DNA of 64,000 bases from an uncultured Bacteroidota bacterium (GTDB lineage Bacteria > Bacteroidota > Bacteroidia > JABEUT01): NCBI GenBank assembly GCA_903863935.1, contig CAIPDV010000042.1, positions 68,869-132,868 on the forward strand. Direction: 5' to 3'. Below, piece after piece: positions 1 to 10,300 of this stretch; positions within the stretch are counted from its first letter, which is position 1; each line of letters begins with the position of its first letter. The notes below the pieces were generated by a model. It saw only the letters and a list, made by a program, of their open reading frames with translations, searched no databases and had not been told where the DNA came from. The position numbers and the translations under genes are program-made.

Positions 1-1
1 C

Positions 2-289
2 GACAATTCAAAATCGATACTTTTGGACCCTTCTAATTCATGGGCTTATGTATACAGGGGCTTAATGAAATTAGAATTCCACCATGACTCTATTGGTGCT
101 CTAGAAGACTTTAATATTGCCATTACAAAACCAAATCTATATGAACGCGCATACTTTGAAAAAGGCAGATTGAGCATTTATATGGGACAAAAAGATTTGG
201 GTTGTTCCTACCTTCACAAAGCTAAAGATTTGGGATATACCGAAGCAGATAAAGCAATTCAACAGTACTGTAATCATCAACAGAACTAA
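2..289 (+). CDS. C-terminal fragment of a TPR-repeat protein, 5'-truncated by the window edge
   Basis: The ORF is open from the window edge. TPR-like helical repeat residues are visible (AYFEKGRLSIYMGQKDLGCSYLHKAKDLGY). Confidence 0.45.
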   Translation, partial: DNSKSILLDPSNSWAYVYRGLMKLEFHHDSIGALEDFNIAITKPNLYERAYFEKGRLSIYMGQKDLGCSYLHKAKDLGYTEADKAIQQYCNHQQN

Positions 290-324
290 GACCTCATAGT
301 TGCCTTGTAATAATTTCATTATTC

Positions 325-332
325 TAACTTTG
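325..332 (+). promoter_or_regulatory. Candidate Bacteroidota sigma-A -7 box (TAACTTTG) about 48 nt upstream of the ATG at 381
   Basis: Matches the TAnnTTTG consensus known for Bacteroidetes promoters. A TTG-containing stretch lies about 20 nt upstream. Confidence 0.25.
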
Positions 333-380
333 CACTTGCTTACCTATTAAGCATAACGGAATCTTTTACACAGTATTGAT

Positions 381-1019
381 ATGAGGGCCTATTTCCTTTT
401 ACTTATTTTTTTCTCGGTATTTTTTATTGGCTGCCAATCAAACCCTGGTTCTGTTAAGCAAGCTCTTTCAACCGCTTCACAAGATAAAAACAATACACCT
501 GCCAAACCCTATTCGTACTTAAAACTTCAAACACTTGAAGGAAGAGATACATTGTTGAGTTCACTTATGAGAAACAAAGCATCTGTGTTTATCTTCTTAG
601 CTCCTGATTGTCCGTTATCGCAGAGCTATACGCTTACTTTAAACGAATTAAGTAAAATATATTTAAAGAATAACATTTTATTTTATGGAATCTTTCCCGG
701 AACGATGTATTGCATTGAAAAAATAAAATATTTCCGGCAAAAGTATCTGATTGAATTTCCGATTTTGCTCGACACCAATTATACCCTCACCCATTTATGC
801 AATGCCACCATAACCCCGGAAGCCTTTGTGATTGATAGTACAGGCACTATTCTTTATTCCGGAAGAATAGATAATTGGGCTTACGAAGTCAGTAAAAAAA
901 GAGCACAGATAACCGAACACGATTTACAGGACGCACTTGAAAGTATTGTAAACAACAAACCAATTGCAGTTGCAAAAACCAAAGCTGTTGGCTGTTTTAT
1001 TGAAGTCCCTAAAAAATGA
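381..1019 (+). CDS. Thioredoxin-fold lipoprotein with a CxxS motif (redoxin/SCO-like), function unclear
   Basis: Lipoprotein signal (FFIGCQS). The motif FLAPDCPLSQ is typical of the thioredoxin-like fold. Its stop overlaps the next start (ATGA), which implies translational coupling. Confidence 0.4.
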   Translation: MRAYFLLLIFFSVFFIGCQSNPGSVKQALSTASQDKNNTPAKPYSYLKLQTLEGRDTLLSSLMRNKASVFIFLAPDCPLSQSYTLTLNELSKIYLKNNILFYGIFPGTMYCIEKIKYFRQKYLIEFPILLDTNYTLTHLCNATITPEAFVIDSTGTILYSGRIDNWAYEVSKKRAQITEHDLQDALESIVNNKPIAVAKTKAVGCFIEVPKK

Positions 1020-2398
1020 AAAAGTTTTCTGTTATAATTTTTCTTTTTGCTTCCGTTATTTTAATGGTCTATACTTCCTGTCATCAAAAGAAAAAAGGCC
1101 TGCCGGATAAAATTAAATTCAGCGAGAATATTGCCCCAATTATTTACAAGAACTGCATGCCTTGCCATAGGCCAAATGAGCCGGGACCTTTTCCACTCAT
1201 AACCTATGACGATGTAGCCAAACGGGCAAAGATGATAGCCTATGTTACGGGCAAAAAAATAATGCCCCCATGGCCTGCCGATCCAACCTACAGCCATTTT
1301 GCAGGAGAACGTTATCTTACGGATGATGAGATAACCATGATAAAAATGTGGGCCGACAGCGGAGCACCAATGGGTGACCCGAAACTATTACCTGCACCTC
1401 CAATTTTCCCTTCCAATTCGCAATTTGGCAAACCGGACCTTGTTTTAAAAATGCCATCAGCCTATCACATTAAAGGCGATAACAAAGACCATTTTATTGT
1501 GTTTAAGATTCCATACGAGATGGCGAAGGACACGTTCATACGGTTTATTGAATTTGTACCTGACAACCGGAAATACCTTCACCATATGAATGCTCACCTC
1601 ATACAATATAAACCGGGTGCCAAAAAAGATGTTTTTTCGGATGAGGAATATGTAGACCAGGATGCTTTTGACACGCGCGTTATTCATGAAAAACTTGGTT
1701 TAGCCAATGATGACGGTTCGTATCCTTTGCTCACACCTTCGGTTGCAAATTATTTGCCGGGTGTTACTCCTGCACTTTACCCAGAAGGTATTGGTGGTTA
1801 CCGTATGGCAAAGCAAGGAGTTATATATATAAATAACATGCATTACGGCCCGGCTCCGGTTAATGACAGCGATCGATCTTACTTTAATATTTTCTTTTAC
1901 AACAAGCCACCCGTAAGACCTGTAATGGAGTTCCAAATGGGAACCCTGGGAATTTCTCCTGTTGTTCCTCCCCTATCCGTCCCACCCAACACCATTAAAA
2001 AATTCCACACGGAAGCAAGAATGCCACAGGATATTTCAATACTCACGGTAAATCCGCACATGCATTTACTCGGAAAATCGTTTCTGGCGTATGCCATAAA
2101 ACCGGATGGTGATACGATACACCTGGTACGAATTAATAACTGGGATTTCCGCTGGCAATATTTTTACACATTTAAAACCCCGGTAAAAATTCCGAAGGGA
2201 ACATTAATTTACGCCGAAGGGGTATATGATAATACTACGAATAATCCTAACAATCCTTTCACACCTCCACAAACCGTTGCAGAACGGGAAGGCAGCATGC
2301 GAACTACCGATGAAATGTTCCAGTTGATAGTGACATATATGCCTTATAAGCCCGGAGATGAAAACATCCGGATGGATAGCACATATATCAAAAATTAA
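1016..2398 (+). CDS. Cytochrome c domain fused to a copper type-II ascorbate-dependent monooxygenase-like (PHM/DBH-like) domain
   Basis: N-terminal signal or TM segment. Heme motif CMPCH. An HH...H triad (YLHHMNAH ... NNMHYGP) and an H-x-H ... M triad (NPHMHLLGKS ... DEMF) are spaced like the CuH and CuM sites of peptidylglycine monooxygenase. Confidence 0.5.
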   Translation: MKKFSVIIFLFASVILMVYTSCHQKKKGLPDKIKFSENIAPIIYKNCMPCHRPNEPGPFPLITYDDVAKRAKMIAYVTGKKIMPPWPADPTYSHFAGERYLTDDEITMIKMWADSGAPMGDPKLLPAPPIFPSNSQFGKPDLVLKMPSAYHIKGDNKDHFIVFKIPYEMAKDTFIRFIEFVPDNRKYLHHMNAHLIQYKPGAKKDVFSDEEYVDQDAFDTRVIHEKLGLANDDGSYPLLTPSVANYLPGVTPALYPEGIGGYRMAKQGVIYINNMHYGPAPVNDSDRSYFNIFFYNKPPVRPVMEFQMGTLGISPVVPPLSVPPNTIKKFHTEARMPQDISILTVNPHMHLLGKSFLAYAIKPDGDTIHLVRINNWDFRWQYFYTFKTPVKIPKGTLIYAEGVYDNTTNNPNNPFTPPQTVAEREGSMRTTDEMFQLIVTYMPYKPGDENIRMDSTYIKN

Positions 2399-2479
2399 TT
2401 TTTTATGAGTTAGATAAATCATTATAATGTTTATCTAACATTAATTTATTATTTATAAATAATATTTAATAAAACCTAT

Positions 2480-4249
2480 TTACCTGAACTGGTAATTAAG
2501 GCCTGGTGCGGATTGCGTTAGCAGTGTAGGCAAGGCATCAGTGGCAATTGCTCTTCCTTCAATCTGCGGTGCAACCGGAGAAAAAACGGAAAGGTAATCT
2601 TCAATAACATCGTGTAGCAACACATGCTGTGGTGCAGGATTATGTACATCAGGCATACGGCAAAGTACATTATCGGGGTCACCTTCGCGCTCGCAGGCAA
2701 GCATGGTGTATGTTTTTGCAGGATCAAGTGGTTGATCGTTTACCAGTACTTCATTTACACGGCTACCCATAGTTGCAGCAATTGTAAAGTTTATTTTCAT
2801 TCCTTTAAAACGCACCAACCATCCGCCGAAACGCTTGGTAGCATCCTTAGCAAATACATTTTCAAGTTCGCGCTCCAGCCAGGTTTTAATCTGTGCACCG
2901 GTAACTTCTGCCATCTTCACTTCGGAATCTACCGGAAGCATGCTCCATAAATATTCCTTGGTTATTTCGGCAAACCCATCCTTCCCCGGCACTAGTGGGG
3001 GGCAAAAGCGGAATCCATTAGAAACTACAATATCTGTTTTGAACCTCCACATAAGGGCATCCGTAATCAGGTTGTCCATGGGGGTTTCAATAATATAATA
3101 ACGCACCAGTGGAGTTTTCGATTTCCCAATCACCACATCCAGGGCTTCTTTATATGGCTCACGGGCCATGGCTACCATCGTTTTCAGTTCCCTGTCTTCG
3201 GCATATTTTTCCGGGTCTACATCAAGCAGCGCATAATTTTCTTCTTTCACCTTTCCGTTTTCAAGTACAATATCCAGTTTACCTATAAAGGATGCAAAAG
3301 CCCCCGGTTCTGTTACTTTCGAATATTTCCCTTGCAGTGGTTCTCTTATTCTTTCATGGGTGTCTGCACCTAAAATATAATCTACCCCTAGTGTGGAGGG
3401 CTGGTCGGCCAGATGCAATTGCTGTGCCAAGCCCATATGGGAAATTACAAACACTAAAGCACACTTCTTTTCTTCCCGCAGAATTTTAATATATTTTGCT
3501 ATATTATATTCCGGTTTGGTAAATTGAATTCCCGAGGAATAGGCGGGAGATTGCCTGATTGGAGTTAGCGGGTCATTATAGCCTATAAACCCAATTCTCG
3601 TTCCGCTTACGTTAAATATTTGATAGGGAGGGAAAATAGATTCGTGTTCGGAATTGCTTTTATGAAACATATTGGCACATACCTTGGCTGCAGCGTATGA
3701 ATTCATATCATGTATCATCATCTTTTTCCCATATACCACCTCCCAGTTGCCCGGCAAAACCAGATCATAATTCATTTTATTAACTAACGGAATAATAGCC
3801 TGCCCTTGTGAAAGAGCTGCTACCGCACTGCCCTGGAAACAATCTCCGCCATCTACCACCAAGGTGTTCATGGGGTTTTGATTGCGCAGTTCGTTTATCA
3901 TGGTTCGGAGTGTAGCAAAGCCGCCGCGTTTTTTGTAAACAGCGTGGCCATTTTCCCAAAAAAATTCATCATGAATATCCAACTGTCCGTGTATATCCGA
4001 AGTATGCAGAATGGTTATATGTTGCGCTTTTCCGCTGGCTATAGTTGGGTTTTTTATAATTTCCTGTATGCTCGATTTATCCTGCAACCAGTATGTAATT
4101 GCAGGAGGTAGGGCAAGCCCTATACCCATTAAACCCATTCCTTTCAAAAAATCCCTGCGGTCACTTGTCTGACGGTGCTTGAAATTTTCATCTACATTTT
4201 CAGCAGTCTGGCAAGTACATTTAGGGTTATCGCATTTGTTGGAAGGCAT
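2480..4249 (-). CDS. Tat-exported binuclear metallophosphoesterase of the 5'-nucleotidase/SoxB family (SoxB-like)
   Basis: Twin-arginine signal (SDRRDFLKGMGLMGIGLAL). Calcineurin-like motifs ITILHTSDIHGQ, GGDCFQGS and LPGNWE. The length (589 aa) and the Tat signal fit SoxB thiosulfohydrolase. Sulfur-transporter genes lie downstream in the same operon. Confidence 0.55.
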   Translation of the reverse strand: MPSNKCDNPKCTCQTAENVDENFKHRQTSDRRDFLKGMGLMGIGLALPPAITYWLQDKSSIQEIIKNPTIASGKAQHITILHTSDIHGQLDIHDEFFWENGHAVYKKRGGFATLRTMINELRNQNPMNTLVVDGGDCFQGSAVAALSQGQAIIPLVNKMNYDLVLPGNWEVVYGKKMMIHDMNSYAAAKVCANMFHKSNSEHESIFPPYQIFNVSGTRIGFIGYNDPLTPIRQSPAYSSGIQFTKPEYNIAKYIKILREEKKCALVFVISHMGLAQQLHLADQPSTLGVDYILGADTHERIREPLQGKYSKVTEPGAFASFIGKLDIVLENGKVKEENYALLDVDPEKYAEDRELKTMVAMAREPYKEALDVVIGKSKTPLVRYYIIETPMDNLITDALMWRFKTDIVVSNGFRFCPPLVPGKDGFAEITKEYLWSMLPVDSEVKMAEVTGAQIKTWLERELENVFAKDATKRFGGWLVRFKGMKINFTIAATMGSRVNEVLVNDQPLDPAKTYTMLACEREGDPDNVLCRMPDVHNPAPQHVLLHDVIEDYLSVFSPVAPQIEGRAIATDALPTLLTQSAPGLNYQFR

Positions 4250-4283
4250 ATTTTACCGGTTAGTTAGGTGGTTCAATTTACAA

Positions 4284-4694
4284 TTACTGCGGAAGTTTAT
4301 TACGAATTAAGCCGTAAACAAAAGTCCCTAAAATAGCACTGAGGATGGCAATTACAATAACTGGAACACCACTACCGGCTAAAGCATAAAGAGGGCCCGG
4401 ACAAGCTCCTGTCATAGCCCAGCCAAAGCCGAATATCAATCCTCCAAAAATATTTCCCTTACTGAATTTCTTCGGCTCAATTTTTATTTCTTCCCCATCA
4501 ATGCTCTTTGCTTTGAATTTTTTAATCAGAAAGATGGATGTCATACCCACAGCCATGGCGCTCATCATAACACCATACATGTGGAAGGATTGGAAGTGGA
4601 ACATCTCCTGAATGCGGAACCAGGAAATAACTTCGGCTTTAATTAAAACAAACCCGAAAAATATACCGACCAGTAAGAATCTTAGTAATTTCAT
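4284..4694 (-). CDS. YeeE/YedE family sulfur-compound transporter component (second half)
   Basis: Multi-TM protein with the GxxxGxCPG-like motif (GWAMTGACPGPLYALAGSG) of the YeeE/YedE family. The ORF track extends to 4772 and overlaps the upstream gene. The likely start is the internal ATG (MKLLRF) at 4694. Confidence 0.6.
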   Translation of the reverse strand: MKLLRFLLVGIFFGFVLIKAEVISWFRIQEMFHFQSFHMYGVMMSAMAVGMTSIFLIKKFKAKSIDGEEIKIEPKKFSKGNIFGGLIFGFGWAMTGACPGPLYALAGSGVPVIVIAILSAILGTFVYGLIRNKLPQ

Positions 4695-4705
4695 TTTTGT
4701 TGGGG

Positions 4706-5269
4706 TTATAGGTTCATGATTAATGGAAGAATAAACCACGACATAGCCAATCCACCAATAAAAAAGCAACACGTAGCAATCATGGATGGAACTTGGAGGT
4801 TAGATATCCCCATAATGGAATGGCCCGATGTGCAACCCTCGGCATACCGTGTTCCGAAGCCAACAAAGAAGCCGCCAATCACAATCATTATAAAGCCTTT
4901 TAAAGTAAGGAGCGAATGAAAATTGAATATTTCCATGGGATGAAGGCCTCCATAATTTTTAATTCCTAGAGCATTTAAATCAGCAACCGTACTCGGTGAA
5001 ATCCTCACAGGATTGGGGTTTTTAAATATCACTCCACCAAGGAAACCTCCGCCAATAATGCCGATGGCAATAACAACATTCCAGAATTCTTTTTTCCAGT
5101 CGTATTGGAAATAACTGGCTTTATTCGGGATGCAGGCAGCACAAATATGTTTTAAGGAAGAAGAAATTCCAAAAGGTTTGTTTCCTAAAAATAACAGGAG
5201 TGGAACCATCAAACCTATTGCCGGGCCTGCAATATACCAGGGCCAGGGCTGTGATAGTAATTCTTTCAT
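4706..5269 (-). CDS. YeeE/YedE family sulfur-compound transporter component (first half)
   Basis: Multi-TM protein with conserved Cys motifs ([23 protein letters not shown]) typical of thiosulfate-uptake YeeE/YedE halves. Confidence 0.65.
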   Translation of the reverse strand: MKELLSQPWPWYIAGPAIGLMVPLLLFLGNKPFGISSSLKHICAACIPNKASYFQYDWKKEFWNVVIAIGIIGGGFLGGVIFKNPNPVRISPSTVADLNALGIKNYGGLHPMEIFNFHSLLTLKGFIMIVIGGFFVGFGTRYAEGCTSGHSIMGISNLQVPSMIATCCFFIGGLAMSWFILPLIMNL

Positions 5270-5293
5270 ATGGCTTTAATTGGGGTTTAAGGT

Positions 5294-6097
5294 TTATGAA
5301 TTGAAACTTTTTTCTGCAATAATATAAATTCCCATCAACAAAACCATCCAACCGAATATGGGTTTAAGTTTTGTACCGGAAATAAATTTGGAAAGCCATG
5401 AACCAACAAATATCCCTGCCAGGGCAAAGGATGAAAAAAGTGCGAGAAAATTCCAGTTAATTTCTACATGTCCGTAAAGATCGCCGGTAAAACCTATTAA
5501 GGAATTTACGGCGATAATAAACAAAGAAGTTCCAATGGCATTTTTCATAGGTTGGCGGGCAATTACCACCAGTACCGGAATAATTAAAAACCCGCCGCCG
5601 GCTCCTACAAACCCGGCAATAATTCCAACAAGCAATCCTTCAAAAGATATAAGCAGGTTACGGCTATTATCCAGCTCGGTAATTGGTTCCTCTGCGTCTT
5701 TGGGTTTTTGAATCATTTTAACAGCTGAAATGATCATGAGGACCGCGAAAAAAATCATGATGCCTATATCCTTAGTGAATACGAAACTTTTTATCGTGAA
5801 GAGTTCTTTTGGAATGGCAGGGAGAATAAATTTACGTGAGACCAATACGCCCACTACGGAAGGGATTCCAAAAATTAGGGCCATCCTGAAATTGAGCAAT
5901 TTCTTTTTCATGTAACTATAGGAGCCAACTAATGCTGAAATGCCAACAATAAATAAGGAATAGGAAGTAGCGAGCACAGGGGAAATACCCATTAGATAAA
6001 CTAAAATGGGTACCGTTAGAATTGAACCTCCGGCACCAATTAAACCAAGTGAAACTCCAATTAAAATAGCCGTAATATACCCCAGGACTATCATCAT
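5294..6097 (-). CDS. TauE/SafE (DUF81) family sulfite/anion exporter
   Basis: Membrane protein of 8-9 TM segments with duplicated G-x-G-G-G loops (GLIGAGGSILTVP and GFVGAGGGFLIIP). Confidence 0.7.
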   Translation of the reverse strand: MMIVLGYITAILIGVSLGLIGAGGSILTVPILVYLMGISPVLATSYSLFIVGISALVGSYSYMKKKLLNFRMALIFGIPSVVGVLVSRKFILPAIPKELFTIKSFVFTKDIGIMIFFAVLMIISAVKMIQKPKDAEEPITELDNSRNLLISFEGLLVGIIAGFVGAGGGFLIIPVLVVIARQPMKNAIGTSLFIIAVNSLIGFTGDLYGHVEINWNFLALFSSFALAGIFVGSWLSKFISGTKLKPIFGWMVLLMGIYIIAEKSFNS

Positions 6098-6121
6098 GTT
6101 TGCAAAAATAACAATTAAAAA

Positions 6122-7144
6122 TTAGGCTTTCTTAAGCCGCTTCTTAGCTTCTGCAATTGGCTTGAAAGGACCATACTTATGTTGTGCCTCGGGAAAGTTA
6201 TCTATAAAAGGACCGAAGGGATGGTCAACCGGTTTTAAGGAAATATCGGGCCAATCGGAGCTTATATCATGCGTCGGCCTTGGCTGCGAATTAATATAGG
6301 ATGCCACATCCCAGGCTTCCTCATCCGTAAGTTGGGAATTAGGGTAATTGGTGCCATAAGGCATATTGAATTTAGCGTATCCTGCAAGCCGCGAAATCCG
6401 CATCATTCCAGCACCTGCAGTGTAACTATGTTCTCCCCAAAGCGGAGGATATAAATAACCAGTTCGGGCAGGATCTTTCATTCCATCGCCGTTTTTTTCA
6501 TGACAAACGAGACATTTCTGCTCATAGACGAATCTTCCCTTTATGGTATCGGCTGCCCTGTCAAGATATGCCAGTTCCTTTATACCGGAGCCATAGGGCA
6601 CTTTCTTTTTAGGTACATCTTTTCCAACCCACTTAATATAGGCAGTTATGGCTTGCATTTCTTTACTGTTGCTATCTATTGCCTTACCATTCAGGCTGCG
6701 CTGAATGCAATCATTTACCCGTTTGTATATACTTTCAATGGAACCGGAGCGTGCTCGGAATTTGGGATACGTAGAAGCAACGGAAGCATAATTATTTCCA
6801 AAGGGCTTAGTCCCTGCCTGCAGGTGGCAATTCTGGCAATTCATGCCATTGGTAATTTGTGCCACAGTACCTTTTGGGCCAAGGTAATAGGAAGTGTTTG
6901 AAATTAGTTTTTGTCCATAGCGGATAAGGGTTGCATCCGGATTGCCGGAAATGGAAGAAGTGTCTGGGGCATGCCAGATTGAATCAACGGCTACAACAGG
7001 CTTGTTGGCAGCACTATTGCTATTTTGATTGCAGGCGGAAATGATAACTGCAATTATACCAACAAGGCTAAAACATGTAAAAATTAATTTTGATTTCATA
7101 GCAGTCCGGGCCAAAATTTTCAATGAAGTTACAAAGCTATTCAT
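6122..7144 (-). CDS. Diheme c-type cytochrome lipoprotein (TsdA/SoxA/CCP-like)
   Basis: Lipoprotein-like N-terminus (IISACNQ). Two CxxCH motifs (CQNCH, CLVCH) about 100 residues apart. It is the first gene of the minus-strand sulfur operon. Confidence 0.6.
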   Translation of the reverse strand: MNSFVTSLKILARTAMKSKLIFTCFSLVGIIAVIISACNQNSNSAANKPVVAVDSIWHAPDTSSISGNPDATLIRYGQKLISNTSYYLGPKGTVAQITNGMNCQNCHLQAGTKPFGNNYASVASTYPKFRARSGSIESIYKRVNDCIQRSLNGKAIDSNSKEMQAITAYIKWVGKDVPKKKVPYGSGIKELAYLDRAADTIKGRFVYEQKCLVCHEKNGDGMKDPARTGYLYPPLWGEHSYTAGAGMMRISRLAGYAKFNMPYGTNYPNSQLTDEEAWDVASYINSQPRPTHDISSDWPDISLKPVDHPFGPFIDNFPEAQHKYGPFKPIAEAKKRLKKA

Positions 7145-7356
7145 GTTCCTTTAATGTGCATTAAAAAAATGCCTCCACATTCATTTTCAACCCTATTACA
7201 AAAGAAATATGTATCTTGCTAAACAATTAGGCAGTTTAATTAATTCTGTGTGAAATGGTTTGTAAAAGTTTTGAACGTACCCAACCTTTGGAAGTAATAT
7301 ATCGTATCAGTTAACGTTAGGTAGAAGTGTCTATAATAAAATGATGAGGAATATAG

Positions 7357-10300
7357 ATGGAAAATAATTATTCAAATTTGAAATACAGAATAAAAAATAG
7401 GAGGTACATTCTCCTGTTATTTGTCTTAATTACTTTCACTTACAGCAAGAATTTATCCGCCCAAAGTTACTGGATGCAAAAAGGCGGTAGCGGCTCAGCC
7501 GACGAGGGTTACAGTATTTCATTAGATGATAGCGCGAACACCTATACAACGGGATATTTTACCGGCACCGCCACCTTCGGATCATTGAACATAACATGTA
7601 CAGGAGTTTCCGATATCTTCCTTGTTAAAACCAACAGCAGCGGAATTTTCAAATGGGCTGTAAAAGCAGGTGATGGCGGTTCGGACAGAGGCCTTGCCGT
7701 AAAGACCGATAAAAACGGGAATAGTTACCTAACAGGCTATTATTATGGTACGGCAACCTTCGGAACACACACCCTTACCAGCACAGGGTTACAAGATGTA
7801 TTTGTTGCGAAATACGATCGCAATGGAAATGTTTTATGGGTAAGCAGTGCAGGCGGCACCCAATCGGATATTGGTAATGCAATTACCATTGACAACAGCG
7901 GAAACGCTATAATAACAGGGCAATTTGCCGGTAAAGCCACTTTTGGTTCTTATACATTAAACAGCACTGCGAATAATATAAATGTCTTTACTGCTAAGTT
8001 GGATGGCGCTACCGGAAATTTTCTGTGGGCTAAAGGCGGAACCGGACCACATACTGACAGAGGCCTTGGTGTAGCCTGTGATCCTTCGGGAAATGTATAT
8101 GTAACAGGAGAATTTACGGACACCATTACATTCGACAACGTGCATAAAAGCCCGATGTATAATGCAATTTTCCTTATCAAATATAGTAATGCAGGAAACG
8201 AACTTTGGTTTACTGAAGCCGGAGGCGGAACCTACAACATAGCTAATGCCATAGCGGTAGATAATAGTTCAAATATTTACCTCACGGGTAATTTTACAGG
8301 AACGATCACCTTTTTTGCGCAAAGCAATTTTACCCTTACTAACCCCTACCCCAACCGGATTTTTGTTGTGAAGTATGACAATGCTGCAAACTTAATTTGG
8401 GATGTTTCCGATGGTTCAAACAACCCGGTAAGCGCGAACAGCATTAGTTTAGATGCCTCAGGTAATGCCTATATACTGGGCAATTTCGATTGTATTTTTA
8501 ACAGCTACGCTGACCAATACGGCCAAGGCACATTTAATTCTGTAGGCTCACTTGACATATTTGCTGCCGAGTATAGTGGGACTTCAGGCAAATGGCAGTG
8601 GAGCCGACAGATAGGCGGACATGGCAACAACTACGGTTATTCACTTGCCGTATCTGCTGCTGCAGATGTTTATACCGCCGGAAGTTTCGACCAGGATATG
8701 ATCATTACATCGGCGCCTGCGCCAAGCTTTATAGGCTATAATGCAGTTGATACAAAGTATTGCAACAGTACCTATTGCTCAGACCCTAATTACGGTCACT
8801 ATGCGGATTTCAGAACCTATGGTAACCTGGATATCGATATAGCAAAGCCATTTAACCTTGGAAGGCAACCCTACGATTTCTACCTGCGAAATGGTGCAGG
8901 TTGTGACAGGCCCCAGGTAAGTGTTTGCATCAGCACAAGCCTTTCAGGAGCCTGCATGGACACCGCTCAGTTTTGCACAAGCGGTGAGTTGTATGCTATA
9001 ACTAATACATGCTCAACTATCGGACCAAACTTCACCTATCTATGGTCGAATGGTTCCAGGTCGGGTGCAACCAGTGTAAATGTTACAGGATATTATTGGG
9101 TTACTCAAACTTCGGCTGATGGTTGCTTTGTAACCAAGGATACTATTTATGTTATTATCCATCCGCCACCACCCGCTCCATGTATTTCCGATAATGTTGT
9201 TATCAATACTAATTCTACCAATCCGCAGCCAATAAGGTTGTGCGACAAATCGGTTAAACTTACCGGGTGCAATTATGGTAAAGATTCCGCTTATTACTGG
9301 ACGACCCCTAAAATGAAACAGATCGATTCGTTAACTATTACTGTCGGACTTCATTCCGATAGTGGTTACTATTGTTTCAACGTAGTTGATTCGTTTGGTT
9401 GCGTAAATAAAACCTGTGTTTGGGTTGCGATAGACAGCAACCTTTCCAAAATTGTTCCAAAACTAAAATGCCTGACCTGCAAAAATGACACGGCATTCAT
9501 TTGCAAGGGAAGCAGCTTTGTCATGTTCCCATACGATTCAATTACCAACCCATTTGGCAATCCTGCATTATGCATTCCACCGCAATTCGGCACTACCAAC
9601 AAATGGCTGGTTACTCCGAATACAATTGCATATGCCCTGTACACTTATTGTCCTCCGCAAAATTATATGACTCCGTCAGACTCGGGCTGGTATCAGATTA
9701 CCGATTCAATACTACGCCATAACATTTGCGGTAATACCAAGCAAGCCGTTCACGATTCCGTTTATGTTAGATTATATCCACTGCCACCACCAATTTCATT
9801 AACCATTAAAGGTAAATCGCAATTGTGCTCGGGCGATTCCGAATGGGTTTCAGTTTCCGGTTTCAGGCCGTTCAAATGGTCGAACGGCAGCACTATGGAT
9901 AGTATTTTTGTAGGATATGGTACATATTCGGTTTCTGCCAGCGATACAAATCAGTATGGATGTACGACTTCCGGCTTCGCATCTATTAGTATTACGAAAG
10001 CAATTATGACTACTCCGTCTATTTCGTTCTTTCCTTCCAACGGTATCATCTGTCCTGGCGATTCCGTTGAAATAATTGCCACCGGAGGACCCTACCAGGA
10101 ATATAGTTGGTATGGACCAAGCGGACCTATTGCAGCTGACACGAACATTATTTGGGTTAAAAGCCCCGGTAGCTATTATCTTTTCGCATCCGATTCAAAC
10201 CCATGCGGGTTATCAGCCCTCTCAAATACGGTACTGATAGAAGCGTATGCAACTCCCTATATTCAAACGCCGAACACAAATATCTGTCCCGGTGATTCCG

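Noticed and set aside
4284-5269. The two overlapping YeeE/YedE ORFs read as a frameshifted single gene (pseudogene)
   Set aside because: YeeE/YedE-family transporters are frequently encoded as two separate half-size genes. The downstream ORF has an internal ATG (MKLLRF, 4694) that removes the overlap, so there is no evidence of disruption.
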